Origin: Planctomycetota bacterium
GTDB taxonomy: Bacteria > Planctomycetota > GCA-002687715 > DRQF01
NCBI GenBank assembly: GCA_027001995.1
Contig: JALTLO010000123.1
Coordinates: forward strand, 1 to 46,761
DNA length: 46,761 nucleotides
Reading direction: 5' to 3'
A model generated the notes under the pieces. The model did no database searches, was not told the origin of the DNA, and saw only the letters and a program-made list of their open reading frames with translations. Numbering within the stretch: position 1 is the first letter of the stretch; each line of letters opens with the position of its first letter. A program made the translations under genes and the position numbers. Positions 1-9,210 of this stretch are shown here, piece by piece.

Positions 1-132
1 ACATCAAGTCCTCCCCTGTAGAGTAATTCCCGAGCGTTAGATATGGGAGACAAAGTCCCTCAACGTTGGACGCCTACTGAAGAATAACTCGGTAGCTAAG
101 CCTATGTCAAACGAAAATCGGCGACATATTTG

Positions 133-660
133 TCAAGGAGGGCCGAGCCAGCTCCAGTCATAATAGTGGGACACGCAACGGAACGGAAACTGCCGATCCC
201 CGATCTTGGAACCGTCCGGTCCACCTTGTATCTGACAGAGAAACCACAAACCGCCACAATCCACGTCCCATGACAGCAACAGGTTCGCTACCAGTTCAGA
301 AGTTGAACCGCATCGCTCGGGGCAAAGAACATTGGAGCGGGTCAACCTCGAAGATCTACCCGATGAGTCGGGCCCAACTGGCTCTTGATTTCTTCTCGCC
401 TATTGAGAGATCGTCGAGATCATCATTGCAGGCCAAGTCCACTGACGAAGATTCGGCGTAGTCCTTACGGACCCGATTGGCGTAGACGCCGTAATAGCGC
501 ACCATGTGCATCCTTGGATCAGGGATTTGGTTGCCACCTGATGGATGAAGTCCACGGGCTCCAGCAAAAGGGAGGTTTTGCCCGTCTTGTGATCTCGTGG
601 CGTCACCACCAAGACCTTACCCCTCGGCAAGATCTCAATGGCACTTAACCGAATGGGTGC
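133..660 (-). pseudogene. IS91-family (rolling-circle, Y2) transposase, degenerate C-terminal fragment
   Basis: Joining minus-strand frames gives APIRLSAI...LLLEPVDFIHQVA / QIPDPRMHMVRYYGVYANR...SWARLIG*IFEVDPLQC / ...CGS...LGPP*. These match typical IS91-type C-terminal motifs (YYG.YAN, WA.LI..IFE.DPL.C, terminal xPP). There are at least two frameshifts and an in-frame TAG, and the 5' part is replaced by the mosaic duplicate. Confidence 0.75.
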
Positions 661-1258
661 CAAGCGTATGCCCCATCCCCGTGGGAGGGACTGGAGTGAC
701 CTACTCAACCCAGAATTACCCGGCCACCGAGGTGCATCCAGTGCTGCCCCTTTTGGATTCTTCAGTATGTATTTGGGTCGTCGGCAAGACAGAACAGACA
801 AATGGATTCACAACGTCCGCGTGTTCGCCACTGGCGGTCATTTCGACATGCAAGCCGCTTACAACCTCGCTGACCCGACGCTCCAATTGGTCTACGGCAT
901 CTTCGGACAACCATCCATCTTTGACACCTACGTCTTGCCAGGCACCATGGGGGACATGGCATTCACACCCTGCCCGGCTGCTCCGTTGTTGTCATCCATT
1001 TCTTTCATCTATGCCGGAAGCTTTCCCTTGGGTACTTGCGGTCCTCTCATCCCAACAAGCCTAGCACCTTGGTTCTCCGGCCCTGGCCCTGCCATCTTCT
1101 TTCCTCTCACGGTCACCTTCCAAGGGGTTGTGGAAGAAACGTTGGATCTTGAGAGTCCTGCACTCCAGCAGGACTCTCTCACATGGCCTTCTCTACCTTA
1201 CCTTCGCCAAGAGAGCGCATGTGTCTCCTTCCTCCAAATAATTCGAAGAGCTTGTTGA
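638..1258 (+). pseudogene. Chimeric 206-aa ORF: fragment of the 1395-2834 gene fused in frame to the C-terminal domain of the 2844-4697 gene; probably non-functional
   Basis: Translation reads ...ASSAAPFGFFSMYLG...LQLVYGI|FGQPSIFDTYVLPG...FQGVVEET|LDLESP. It has no signal peptide, and its N-terminus comes from transposase antisense sequence. Confidence 0.6.
663..1218 (+). repeat. Mosaic direct-repeat copy of 2406-2645 + 4403-4648 + 4701-4785
   Basis: Alignment by eye: 663-901 vs 2406-2645 (10 substitutions, one 1-bp deletion), 895-1140 vs 4403-4648 (6 substitutions), 1134-1218 vs 4701-4785 (6 substitutions). Junctions fall at the shared 7-mers CGGCATC and AAGAAAC. Confidence 0.95.
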
Positions 1259-1336
1259 CAAACCATCTTCAATCCGAAATGATCAGACAATCAGGACTAG
1301 ATTTCGCGCATTTCACATTGAAAAAAAGGATCGATC

Positions 1337-2834
1337 ATGATTCAAGCTCTCAAGCTCTCAAGCTCTCAAGCTCTCAAGTAATCTAGCAGTTCTCGTGCTG
1401 CTATTTTCCTGCTCTATTGCACTCGGCCAGAACACACAGTGCCCTCCTCAGGTCGATGATGGCATGGATTCAAACCCACCCCATCGTTTCGAATGCCTTG
1501 GCAGTGCCAGTCCCATTGCGCCAGTGATCCCAGTGGCAGGAAACGGCATAGCCGATATGCCGCCGGTCATCATCACAACTTCAACCTATGCTGTGTTTAA
1601 CGAATGCTCAGTGCAGTCATCCGAAGCCCTTGGTGTCACGACAGTCACCACGACTGAAGTCAGTCCCGCGCTCTTATGCGCGGAAGAGAAGAATGTGACC
1701 ATCGCAACGACAAACGTGATATTCATAGGCACAGCCAAACTTTCTCGTACATGGATGAACAGCTCAGGGACTAGGCAAACTTGGCGCTTTCTCTACCATT
1801 CAATGTCCATGTGGCTCACTAACCCCACTTCACTACCCAACATCTTGGCTCTCGTACCTCCCTGTCGCTTCTACCAACCTCTCACCAACTGTGCAAACCC
1901 AGGTCTTAACCCGTATCCGGCTTTTGGTGACCCACCGTTCTTCAAAGGTCACATCGACTATTCCTGTTCGCTGGTAAACGGAGTGCCAGAATGGAAAGTC
2001 AGAGTTAGCCTCAGTCACCACAACGGTTGTACGAGCCACATTGACCAGCCGTTCTTCAACGGCCAAGCAATCCCTGATTTAACTTGCAACGCCACCGCAA
2101 GACACAACAACCAGAGTTTTCATTTCGCCGCTCCCGATTCCTTTTCTTGGCTCAACAACATTGCTGTTGATGCTGTGCCCACACACTTTTCGACTGCCGG
2201 TGTATCGAACCACGAAATCCGTAGCACCGCATTTGGACCTTTTTCTTCAGCAAATTGCAGGCCTCGATGGGGATTCAAAGAAGCGTTCAACTACATGGGC
2301 AGCAACTGCCTTTGCGCGCAGTTCCCAGCCTTAACCCCAGCGATTTATGGGCACGAGAGGTTTACATCCATGGCCGCTCCAGCCTCTGGTGTCATTGGGG
2401 TTCCGAGCGTATGCCCCATCCCCGTGGGAGGGACTGGAGTGACCTACTCAACCCAAAATTACCCGGTCGCCGAGGTTGCATCCAGTGCTGCCCCTTTCGG
2501 ATTCTTCAGTATGTATTTGGGTCGTTGGCAAGACACAACAGACAAATGGATTCACAACGTACGCGTGTTTGCGACTGGCGGTCATTTCGACATGCAAGAC
2601 GCTTACAACCTCGCTGACCCGACGCTCCAATTGGTCTACGGCATCACAACGAATCACGACCTCCAAAACGCCGTCGAAACGCCCGTCGACTTTTCCCAAC
2701 CCACTGTGCCTTTGAGCATTCTCCAAGATTATGGCAACCAAATCGTGCATCGCAGTCATCCAACAGCCGTTACGATTATCCCCAAGATTGGGATCCAAGT
2801 CATGACCACAATGATCTTCACGGCAAGCAAATAG
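1337..2834 (+). CDS. Secreted Cys/Pro-rich hypothetical protein; natural start ATG1337 is frameshifted by the 8-bp repeat (open frame 1395-2834)
   Basis: 479-aa ORF from GTG1395. RBS plus ATG1337 reads MIQALKLSSSQALK*. With two fewer units it reads MIQALKLSSNLAVLVLLFSCSIALG-QNTQC, a plausible Sec signal peptide. Confidence 0.7.
1342..1378 (+). repeat. Simple sequence repeat (TCAAGCTC)x4 + TCAAG
   Basis: Perfect 8-bp tandem units read directly from the sequence, 2 bp after the ATG at 1337-1339, which is preceded by AAAGGA. Confidence 0.95.
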
Positions 2835-2843
2835 GAGTACACC

Positions 2844-4697
2844 ATGAACAAACTATCAAACTGGCTTATAGCCATAGTCCTCGGGACACCACTGAGCCTC
2901 ATCGCCCAAACGACATTCAATGTTCCCAGTGCCGCTTTTGCCACCATTCAATCTGCCGTCGACGCTTCAGTGGATGGAGATACGATTATCGTGGCTGCGG
3001 GCACTTATTTTGAAAACCTCCTCATCGGAACCAAGGCTATTACTATCCAAGGCGCAGGCATTGGCCAAAGCCGAATTGACGGCGGAGGGGTGGGCTCCGT
3101 TTTGAGCATCGGTGAAACCCAAGGTTTTGTCTTGGATGGTTTCACTATCGAAAATGGCTATGGAACCAACTGGGACGCATCAGGCTTTCTTGCTCCAGGG
3201 TGGCCCTTAGGGGGCGGGATTCAGGCTTTGGCCGGGACATCCACGCCACCATCCAACGCTGTCATTTTAGTAAGAAACTGTCACTTTGATGCCAACGTCG
3301 CTTCCAGCGGCGGAGCCATCTTTGCGCTTAACGCCGTAAGCCTAACGGTCGAAGACTGCCTGTTCACCAATAACACCACGGTCGGAACGCCTAGTGGGGG
3401 CCCAGGGCGGGTTCCCGCGATTCATGTAGAGCAGAATAGTTTCCTGACGATCCGCAGAAGCGAAATCGCAAACAACACCTCTGACTTCTTGACCAAGGGC
3501 GGAACGATCACAATCAATGGTGCTGGAATCATTGCTGAAGATACTTCAATCCACCACAACACCTGTTGGGCAATTCTCGTCCATGGCTTCTGCGACCTCA
3601 ATCGTGTGCAACTTCACCACAACGACATTGGTGGAGTTGTTCTGACCAGCAACGGCCCCCAACAAAGGCATTTCATCCGTAACTCAGTGATCCACTCCAA
3701 TGGCGGCCCCAATGCTGAGGCTGGAATCTTAACCCACGGCAACACCACCATCGAAGGATGTACCATCGCCAAGAATGTAGGAGCCACCACCCTCAACAGC
3801 CTGAACAACTCAATGGCAATGACGGGTGGGGGGGTCGTAGGCCGCGGCCAATTCGTAGCCGGAGTCGCCAACGTCATCATCAAGAACTCCATCGTTTATG
3901 GTAACTCTCCGGCAGACACCGTTCGTTTCCTCCGTTTGCCAGGGCTCCCGCAAACCATCCCACCCATCGGCTTGGTCCTCATGAGCATTGACAATTCCTG
4001 TACCAGCCCTAGCCAGGCAAGTTTTTTGGGAACAGGTAACATCAATGCCAGTCCTATGTTTTTGGACTCGATGAACGGTGACTTTCGTTTAGACCCGCTT
4101 TCTCCCTGTGTCGATGCGGGAGATCAATCATCTGTTGATATTGATCTCATCGACTTCTTGGGAAACCCGAGAGTCATCTCAACTGAGACTGACATGGGGG
4201 CTATTGAAAACACCCATCCAAGCTTGGGAATGGCCTTAGACAGCAACGTGGGGACAGGTTTGGGCGGGCCCTATGATCTGCTAAAGATCAACGGCAGTAC
4301 GGGTGATGGGGCAAGGCGGGTCACTGTCCCCTTGGGCACATCCTCGACCATGACCTTGGATCAACCGCCCACCAACCCATTCGCCGCAGACTTCCTGATC
4401 TTCGGCATCTTCGGACAACCATCCATCTTTGACACCTACGTCTTGCCAGGCACCATGGGGGACATGGCGTTCACACCCTGCCCGGCTGCTCCGTTGTTGT
4501 CATCCGTTTCTTTCATCTATGCCGGAAGCTTTCCCTTTGGAACTTGCGGTCCTCTCATCCCAACAAGCCTAACACCTTGGTTCTCCGGCCCTGGCCCTGC
4601 CATCTTCTTTCCTCTCACGGCCACCTTCCAAGGGGTTGTGGAAGAAACCATCGGAGACTTCAAAGTCACCAACGGCATCATTTGGGAAGTCAAGTAG
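2844..4697 (+). CDS. Secreted right-handed parallel beta-helix (pectin-lyase-like) protein with a choice-of-anchor-Q-like segment and a C-terminal beta domain
   Basis: AGGAG RBS, signal peptide, TIQSAVDAS.DGDTIIVAAGTYFEN, repeated N...GGAI motifs, and GNINASPMF...GDFRLDPLSPCVDAG...D..GNPR....DMGAIE. Confidence 0.8.
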   Translation: MNKLSNWLIAIVLGTPLSLIAQTTFNVPSAAFATIQSAVDASVDGDTIIVAAGTYFENLLIGTKAITIQGAGIGQSRIDGGGVGSVLSIGETQGFVLDGFTIENGYGTNWDASGFLAPGWPLGGGIQALAGTSTPPSNAVILVRNCHFDANVASSGGAIFALNAVSLTVEDCLFTNNTTVGTPSGGPGRVPAIHVEQNSFLTIRRSEIANNTSDFLTKGGTITINGAGIIAEDTSIHHNTCWAILVHGFCDLNRVQLHHNDIGGVVLTSNGPQQRHFIRNSVIHSNGGPNAEAGILTHGNTTIEGCTIAKNVGATTLNSLNNSMAMTGGGVVGRGQFVAGVANVIIKNSIVYGNSPADTVRFLRLPGLPQTIPPIGLVLMSIDNSCTSPSQASFLGTGNINASPMFLDSMNGDFRLDPLSPCVDAGDQSSVDIDLIDFLGNPRVISTETDMGAIENTHPSLGMALDSNVGTGLGGPYDLLKINGSTGDGARRVTVPLGTSSTMTLDQPPTNPFAADFLIFGIFGQPSIFDTYVLPGTMGDMAFTPCPAAPLLSSVSFIYAGSFPFGTCGPLIPTSLTPWFSGPGPAIFFPLTATFQGVVEETIGDFKVTNGIIWEVK

Positions 4698-4717
4698 GGC
4701 AAGAAACGTTGGATTTT

Positions 4718-4745
4718 GAGAGTCCTGCACTCCAGCAGGACTCTC
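4718..4745. terminator. Perfect 11-bp stem hairpin between convergent genes (copy at 1151-1178)
   Basis: GAGAGTCCTGC-ACTCCA-GCAGGACTCTC; no clear U-tract on either strand. Confidence 0.55.
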
Positions 4746-7700
4746 TCACATGGCGGTCTCTGTCTTACCTTCGCCAAGAGATCGCTTTCCTGTGAGGAGA
4801 CGAGCCACGTCTTCAAAGACACAATAGGTCGCCGGCAAGATGAGCAAAGTCAAAGCGGTGGCGAAAAAAAGTCCGTAGACAATGGAAACAGCCATGGGGA
4901 TGAGAAACTGAGCTTGAAAACTCTTCTCTAACATCAGCGGACTCAAACCAGCGATGGTCGTGATGCTCGTGAGGATGATGGCACGAAGACGGCTGCGGCC
5001 TCCGTGCACAACAGCTTCAAAAGCCGAGACACCGCGCAAACGCTCACGGTTAATGAAATCGACCAAGATGAGAGAATCATTGACGACAATGCCCGTCAGA
5101 GCCACCCCGCCAATCATCGAAAGGATCGTGAAGGGATAGCCAGTAATCCAATGCCCCACCACAGCGCCAACAAAGGCGTAGGGAATGGCAAGCATCACGA
5201 TAAGAGGTTGACCATAAGATCTGAATAGAATGGCGATGATCACATAGATCAAGAATAAAGCCACGATGAATCCGATCTTGAGGGAGCCCAAAGACTCAGC
5301 CGTTTGTTTCTTGTTGCCTTCAAAGGCCAAGCTCACCCCAGGAAACATACTGCTGATGTTGGCAAAGTCCTTCTCTAAGCCCGCGTTGATCTTGGTTGTG
5401 TCCCCACCTTTTTCCGTGTCAACTTGGGCCTTCACCGTGAAAGCGCGTTTTCCGTCAACACGGGCCAAAGTGGCATAACCTCGAGACGTCTTCATGTGGG
5501 CGACTTCTTGCAATGGCACCCGACCGCCTTGAGGGGTTTCGATTCGGATGGCCGCCAAGTCACCGATGGACCTGCGAGAATCTTCAGGCAACAAAACTCT
5601 TACCTTGACCTCTTCGTTTTCCCCTTGAAGCTCTTGGATTTCGAAGCCAAAAAGAGCATGGCGAATTTGGAGAGCGATATCTTGAGTCGTGAGCCCCAGC
5701 TCTCGGGCATCATCCCGTAGAGTGAGTTGGACCTCCAACTTCCCCAGGTTCAGGTCATCTTCAAGTTCTTCCACACCGGCATAGCTACTTACCACTGTTT
5801 CGATGTGGTCGATGGCCCGCCGCAGTTGAACCAGATTGTCGCCGCGGACCTGAATTTGAATATCCGACCCCTGAATACCGCCGCTTTTGGCCTCAAACGT
5901 GATCTTTTTGGCCCCGGCGATCCCGGCAACAGCCTCACGCCAATCAGCCAAAATAGAGGGAGAGGCTCGAAGCCCCATGTTTTCGCGATTCTCTGCGGAG
6001 ATAAGCTCAATGGAGACTTGGCCCACAGTAGCTGGGTCAGCATTGGCCTGCCGACCACGATCAGAAAAAGTCACCCCTACAACACTGAACGTCTTGTCCA
6101 CTTCTGGTGTATTCAAACAAACACGCTCAATTTGATCTAAGACCTCTAATGTCCTTTGTTCAGAGGTGCCAGCCACCATTTCAACTTGAACAAAAACAGT
6201 TTCCGCATCTGTATTCTGAATAAACACGAAGGGGATGACTCCTCCGACAACCAGTCCCACAATAAGCAAACTGACAGAAGCCGTTCCGGCCAGAAAAACG
6301 TAACGCCAGTGAAGAACAAACCGAAGCAAGCGCTCATAGAGATCGGGCATCTTGCCTTCAAAGAGCCAAGCCCGCATGGATGTTACCTTGGCAGAGAAAG
6401 CTTCGAAACGCTTTTTCTCCGGCTTACGGCGATGGGCCAAGTGCGCTGGCAGAATAATAAACGCTTCGACCAAAGAGACAGCCAAGGCCGAGATCACCAC
6501 AATGGGAAGTTGTTTGAGAAAGGTTCCGATGGTGCCATCGATGTAGGCCAAAGGTAAGAATGCCACCATGGTGGTTAGCACCGCAGAGGTGACCGGAATG
6601 GCAACTTCATTCACACCCTCAATGGCTGCCTGGTGAGAAGGCATACCATTGCGAATCTTTGTGAAAACATTCTCACCGATGACGATAGCGTCATCCACGA
6701 TCATCCCTAAGACTACAATCAAGGCGAAAAGCGAGATGAGGTTGATACTTCCCCCCATCAAGTGCATCAAAATAAACGTCCCGAGGAAGGAAATGGGCAA
6801 TCCTAAAGCAACCCAGAAGGCGACCCTTAGTTCAAGGAACAAGGCCAGAGCAATAGCTACCAAGATCAATCCGGTCTTGGCGTTGCGGATCATCAGGTCA
6901 AGACGTTCTGAGATCAAACGAGTCAAGTCACTCATGGGGGTCAATGTGAGCGCCCCCGACAATCTCGTTGGATGCTCCTGAACATAATTCTTCACCGCAT
7001 CAGCGATGGCAATAGCATCCTCTTCTGGTGTCTTGGTGATAGTAATCATCACCGCTGGTTTGCCAGCAAAACGTGCTTGCTCAACTTTGTCTTCGAAGGC
7101 GTCACGAGCGCGGGAAATATCCCGCAAACGAATGACACTGCCGTCTGGAAGACTCTTGATCACATGATCTTCCCACGCCAGAGCGTGAGAGCGCTCGCCC
7201 AAGGTCCTCACGCCGACATTTCCCTGGGAACTCTTGAGTTGCCCCCCAGGTGCGTCCTGATTGAGAGCCTGCAAGACACGGCCGACCTCATCGAAAGTAA
7301 GACCAAACTCCTCTAACTTCTCGGGCAAGATCTCAGCCTGAATCTCTGGGGCTCGAACGCCCACCAGATTCGCACGACTAATTTCAGGGAGGTCAAGCAA
7401 TTCGTCTCGAAGGTCCCGAGCAGCTTCTCGTAACTGAGTTTCGCTCACATCCCCGTGAACCACCACAGAGATAACGGGAAAGAAGGGCCTCACTTGGCTG
7501 AGCTCTGGCTCTTCAGCATCGCTTGGCAACTTGGCAGCCACCTTGTCGAGTTCTGCACGAATATCGCTTAAGACCTCCGCCCGATCGACGCCGTCTTCCA
7601 GCTCAATGGTTGTCGTCGTCAGGCCCTCGAAAATCCGTGTCCGGATTTCTTCCACACCTTCAACATCTTCCACTTCTCTTTCCAAACGACGAGCAATACT

Positions 7701-7883
7701 CTTTTCGACAACTTCAGGAGATGCTCCGGGATAAACCACAGAGACAGCGACCAATTCTGGATCGGACGTTGGGAAGAGTTCCCGGACCAAGGTCACGGCA
7801 TAATAAGAACCGGCAAGGATAATGCCCCACATGAGCAAGTTAACTGCCACGGGGTTATTGACGGAGAACTTAGGAAGATTCAC
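4746..7883 (-). CDS. Efflux RND transporter permease (AcrB/AcrD/AcrF family)
   Basis: 1045 aa with RND motifs SVNNPVAVNLLM, LGMIVDDAIVIGEN, GIVVNDSLILVDFIN and RLRAIILTSITTIAGLSPL. Confidence 0.95.
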   Translation of the reverse strand: MNLPKFSVNNPVAVNLLMWGIILAGSYYAVTLVRELFPTSDPELVAVSVVYPGASPEVVEKSIARRLEREVEDVEGVEEIRTRIFEGLTTTTIELEDGVDRAEVLSDIRAELDKVAAKLPSDAEEPELSQVRPFFPVISVVVHGDVSETQLREAARDLRDELLDLPEISRANLVGVRAPEIQAEILPEKLEEFGLTFDEVGRVLQALNQDAPGGQLKSSQGNVGVRTLGERSHALAWEDHVIKSLPDGSVIRLRDISRARDAFEDKVEQARFAGKPAVMITITKTPEEDAIAIADAVKNYVQEHPTRLSGALTLTPMSDLTRLISERLDLMIRNAKTGLILVAIALALFLELRVAFWVALGLPISFLGTFILMHLMGGSINLISLFALIVVLGMIVDDAIVIGENVFTKIRNGMPSHQAAIEGVNEVAIPVTSAVLTTMVAFLPLAYIDGTIGTFLKQLPIVVISALAVSLVEAFIILPAHLAHRRKPEKKRFEAFSAKVTSMRAWLFEGKMPDLYERLLRFVLHWRYVFLAGTASVSLLIVGLVVGGVIPFVFIQNTDAETVFVQVEMVAGTSEQRTLEVLDQIERVCLNTPEVDKTFSVVGVTFSDRGRQANADPATVGQVSIELISAENRENMGLRASPSILADWREAVAGIAGAKKITFEAKSGGIQGSDIQIQVRGDNLVQLRRAIDHIETVVSSYAGVEELEDDLNLGKLEVQLTLRDDARELGLTTQDIALQIRHALFGFEIQELQGENEEVKVRVLLPEDSRRSIGDLAAIRIETPQGGRVPLQEVAHMKTSRGYATLARVDGKRAFTVKAQVDTEKGGDTTKINAGLEKDFANISSMFPGVSLAFEGNKKQTAESLGSLKIGFIVALFLIYVIIAILFRSYGQPLIVMLAIPYAFVGAVVGHWITGYPFTILSMIGGVALTGIVVNDSLILVDFINRERLRGVSAFEAVVHGGRSRLRAIILTSITTIAGLSPLMLEKSFQAQFLIPMAVSIVYGLFFATALTLLILPATYCVFEDVARLLTGKRSLGEGKTETAM

Positions 7884-9166
7884 TTGCTCGTCCTCGATGG
7901 TTCAGACTTCTGAACTTCCACCAGCGAACCAGCAGCAACTTGCTCCAGATTGTCGAGAATCACTTCTCGCCCCTTTGCCTCCGGGTCTCGACTGAGAATG
8001 ACATCGGGGAGAAGGTGGGCGATTTTGACTCTAAGTTCTTCGACCTTCACACTTTTCTCCCCGTGTCCTGGGGCTAGGGCCAAAACTCCACCATCGAGAA
8101 ATGAAGTCCTGGGCAACACGAGAACGTCCTTGCGAATCGGCCCCTTGATCTTGGCGATCAAGAACGCACCCAAAGGCGGTGCCGGGGAGTCCTCTGTTTC
8201 TTCAATCACGATGAAAACATGGTAGGTACGATCTTCCACTTGGAGTGCCGGGGAGACCCGTGTCACTTGGGCCTGCCAGGAACAACCTGGACGATTCGTT
8301 CTGGTCAAATTGACTTCAGCCCCAACCTTCACATCGCCAAAGCTCGATGCTGGTAGAGCAATGGGGACTTCCACGCGATGCGGATCGACTATTCGAAACA
8401 ATTCTGTGCCAGCGGCAATTCGAATGCCCGGTTGGACACTCTTGCTTTCGATGACGCCGGTGAAAGGAGCCTTGAGAACGCAACGATCCATGTCTCTTTG
8501 TGCTCGGCTAATATCGAGATGCGTCGATTTCATGATCGACTCGAGGCGCTTGGCATTGATCCGGGCCAGGCGCAGATTGTTTTCGATTCGCAAAGTCGAC
8601 AGTTCAACAGTTGTTGTGGCCCGACGTTGGCGGTCAACTTCATCCACAGAAGTGACGTTGTTTTCAAACATCTGAATGCGCCGAGCCAATTCGTCGGATG
8701 AAAGTTTGAATTCGCGCTTGGAAACTCTCTGCTGGTCTTCCAAGCTCTTGATCTCGGCATTCTGGCGACTGAGCTCGATGGTGTTTTGCTCAAGGGAAGC
8801 CAGATGGCGCCCCTTCGCTTCTTGGTAATCCGCATCGCCAATCTGTACTAAGACCGTCCCCTTTTCGACATGGGCGCCGATCTCCAATTGGGGACTGACA
8901 TTCTGGACAACCCCTTGAACCTCGGCAGAAACCACGGTTTGCAACATGGCCCGCACACGGCCATAGCCCGACAGAGTTTCCTGGTAATCTTGTGGAACAA
9001 GCCTAAGGACATGCACTTGAGTCAAAGGAGGCGACAGATCGCCCTTCTCTGCGGGAGTCGACAACGCCTTGAGTCGCTTGAATCCTAAGATCCCTACCAG
9101 CAAGAGAACGATCACAAGGATGACCGATTTCAGGGCCCTTACCCAAGTTGAAGAATGAGTTTTCAT
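7880..9166 (-). CDS. Efflux RND transporter periplasmic adaptor (MFP) subunit
   Basis: N-terminal TM, VSAEVQGVV...G..VEKG..LVQI, coiled coil and LKAPFTGVI; 4-bp overlap with the permease gene. Confidence 0.9.
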   Translation of the reverse strand: MKTHSSTWVRALKSVILVIVLLLVGILGFKRLKALSTPAEKGDLSPPLTQVHVLRLVPQDYQETLSGYGRVRAMLQTVVSAEVQGVVQNVSPQLEIGAHVEKGTVLVQIGDADYQEAKGRHLASLEQNTIELSRQNAEIKSLEDQQRVSKREFKLSSDELARRIQMFENNVTSVDEVDRQRRATTTVELSTLRIENNLRLARINAKRLESIMKSTHLDISRAQRDMDRCVLKAPFTGVIESKSVQPGIRIAAGTELFRIVDPHRVEVPIALPASSFGDVKVGAEVNLTRTNRPGCSWQAQVTRVSPALQVEDRTYHVFIVIEETEDSPAPPLGAFLIAKIKGPIRKDVLVLPRTSFLDGGVLALAPGHGEKSVKVEELRVKIAHLLPDVILSRDPEAKGREVILDNLEQVAAGSLVEVQKSEPSRTSK

Positions 9167-9210
9167 ACGACTAATCCTTGGACTGGACTCAATACTGATA
9201 AATCCTGGAG

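Noticed and set aside
663..1218. Diversity-generating retroelement TR/VR pair
   Set aside because: Mismatches involve all four bases rather than only adenines, include an indel, and no reverse transcriptase gene is present in the window.
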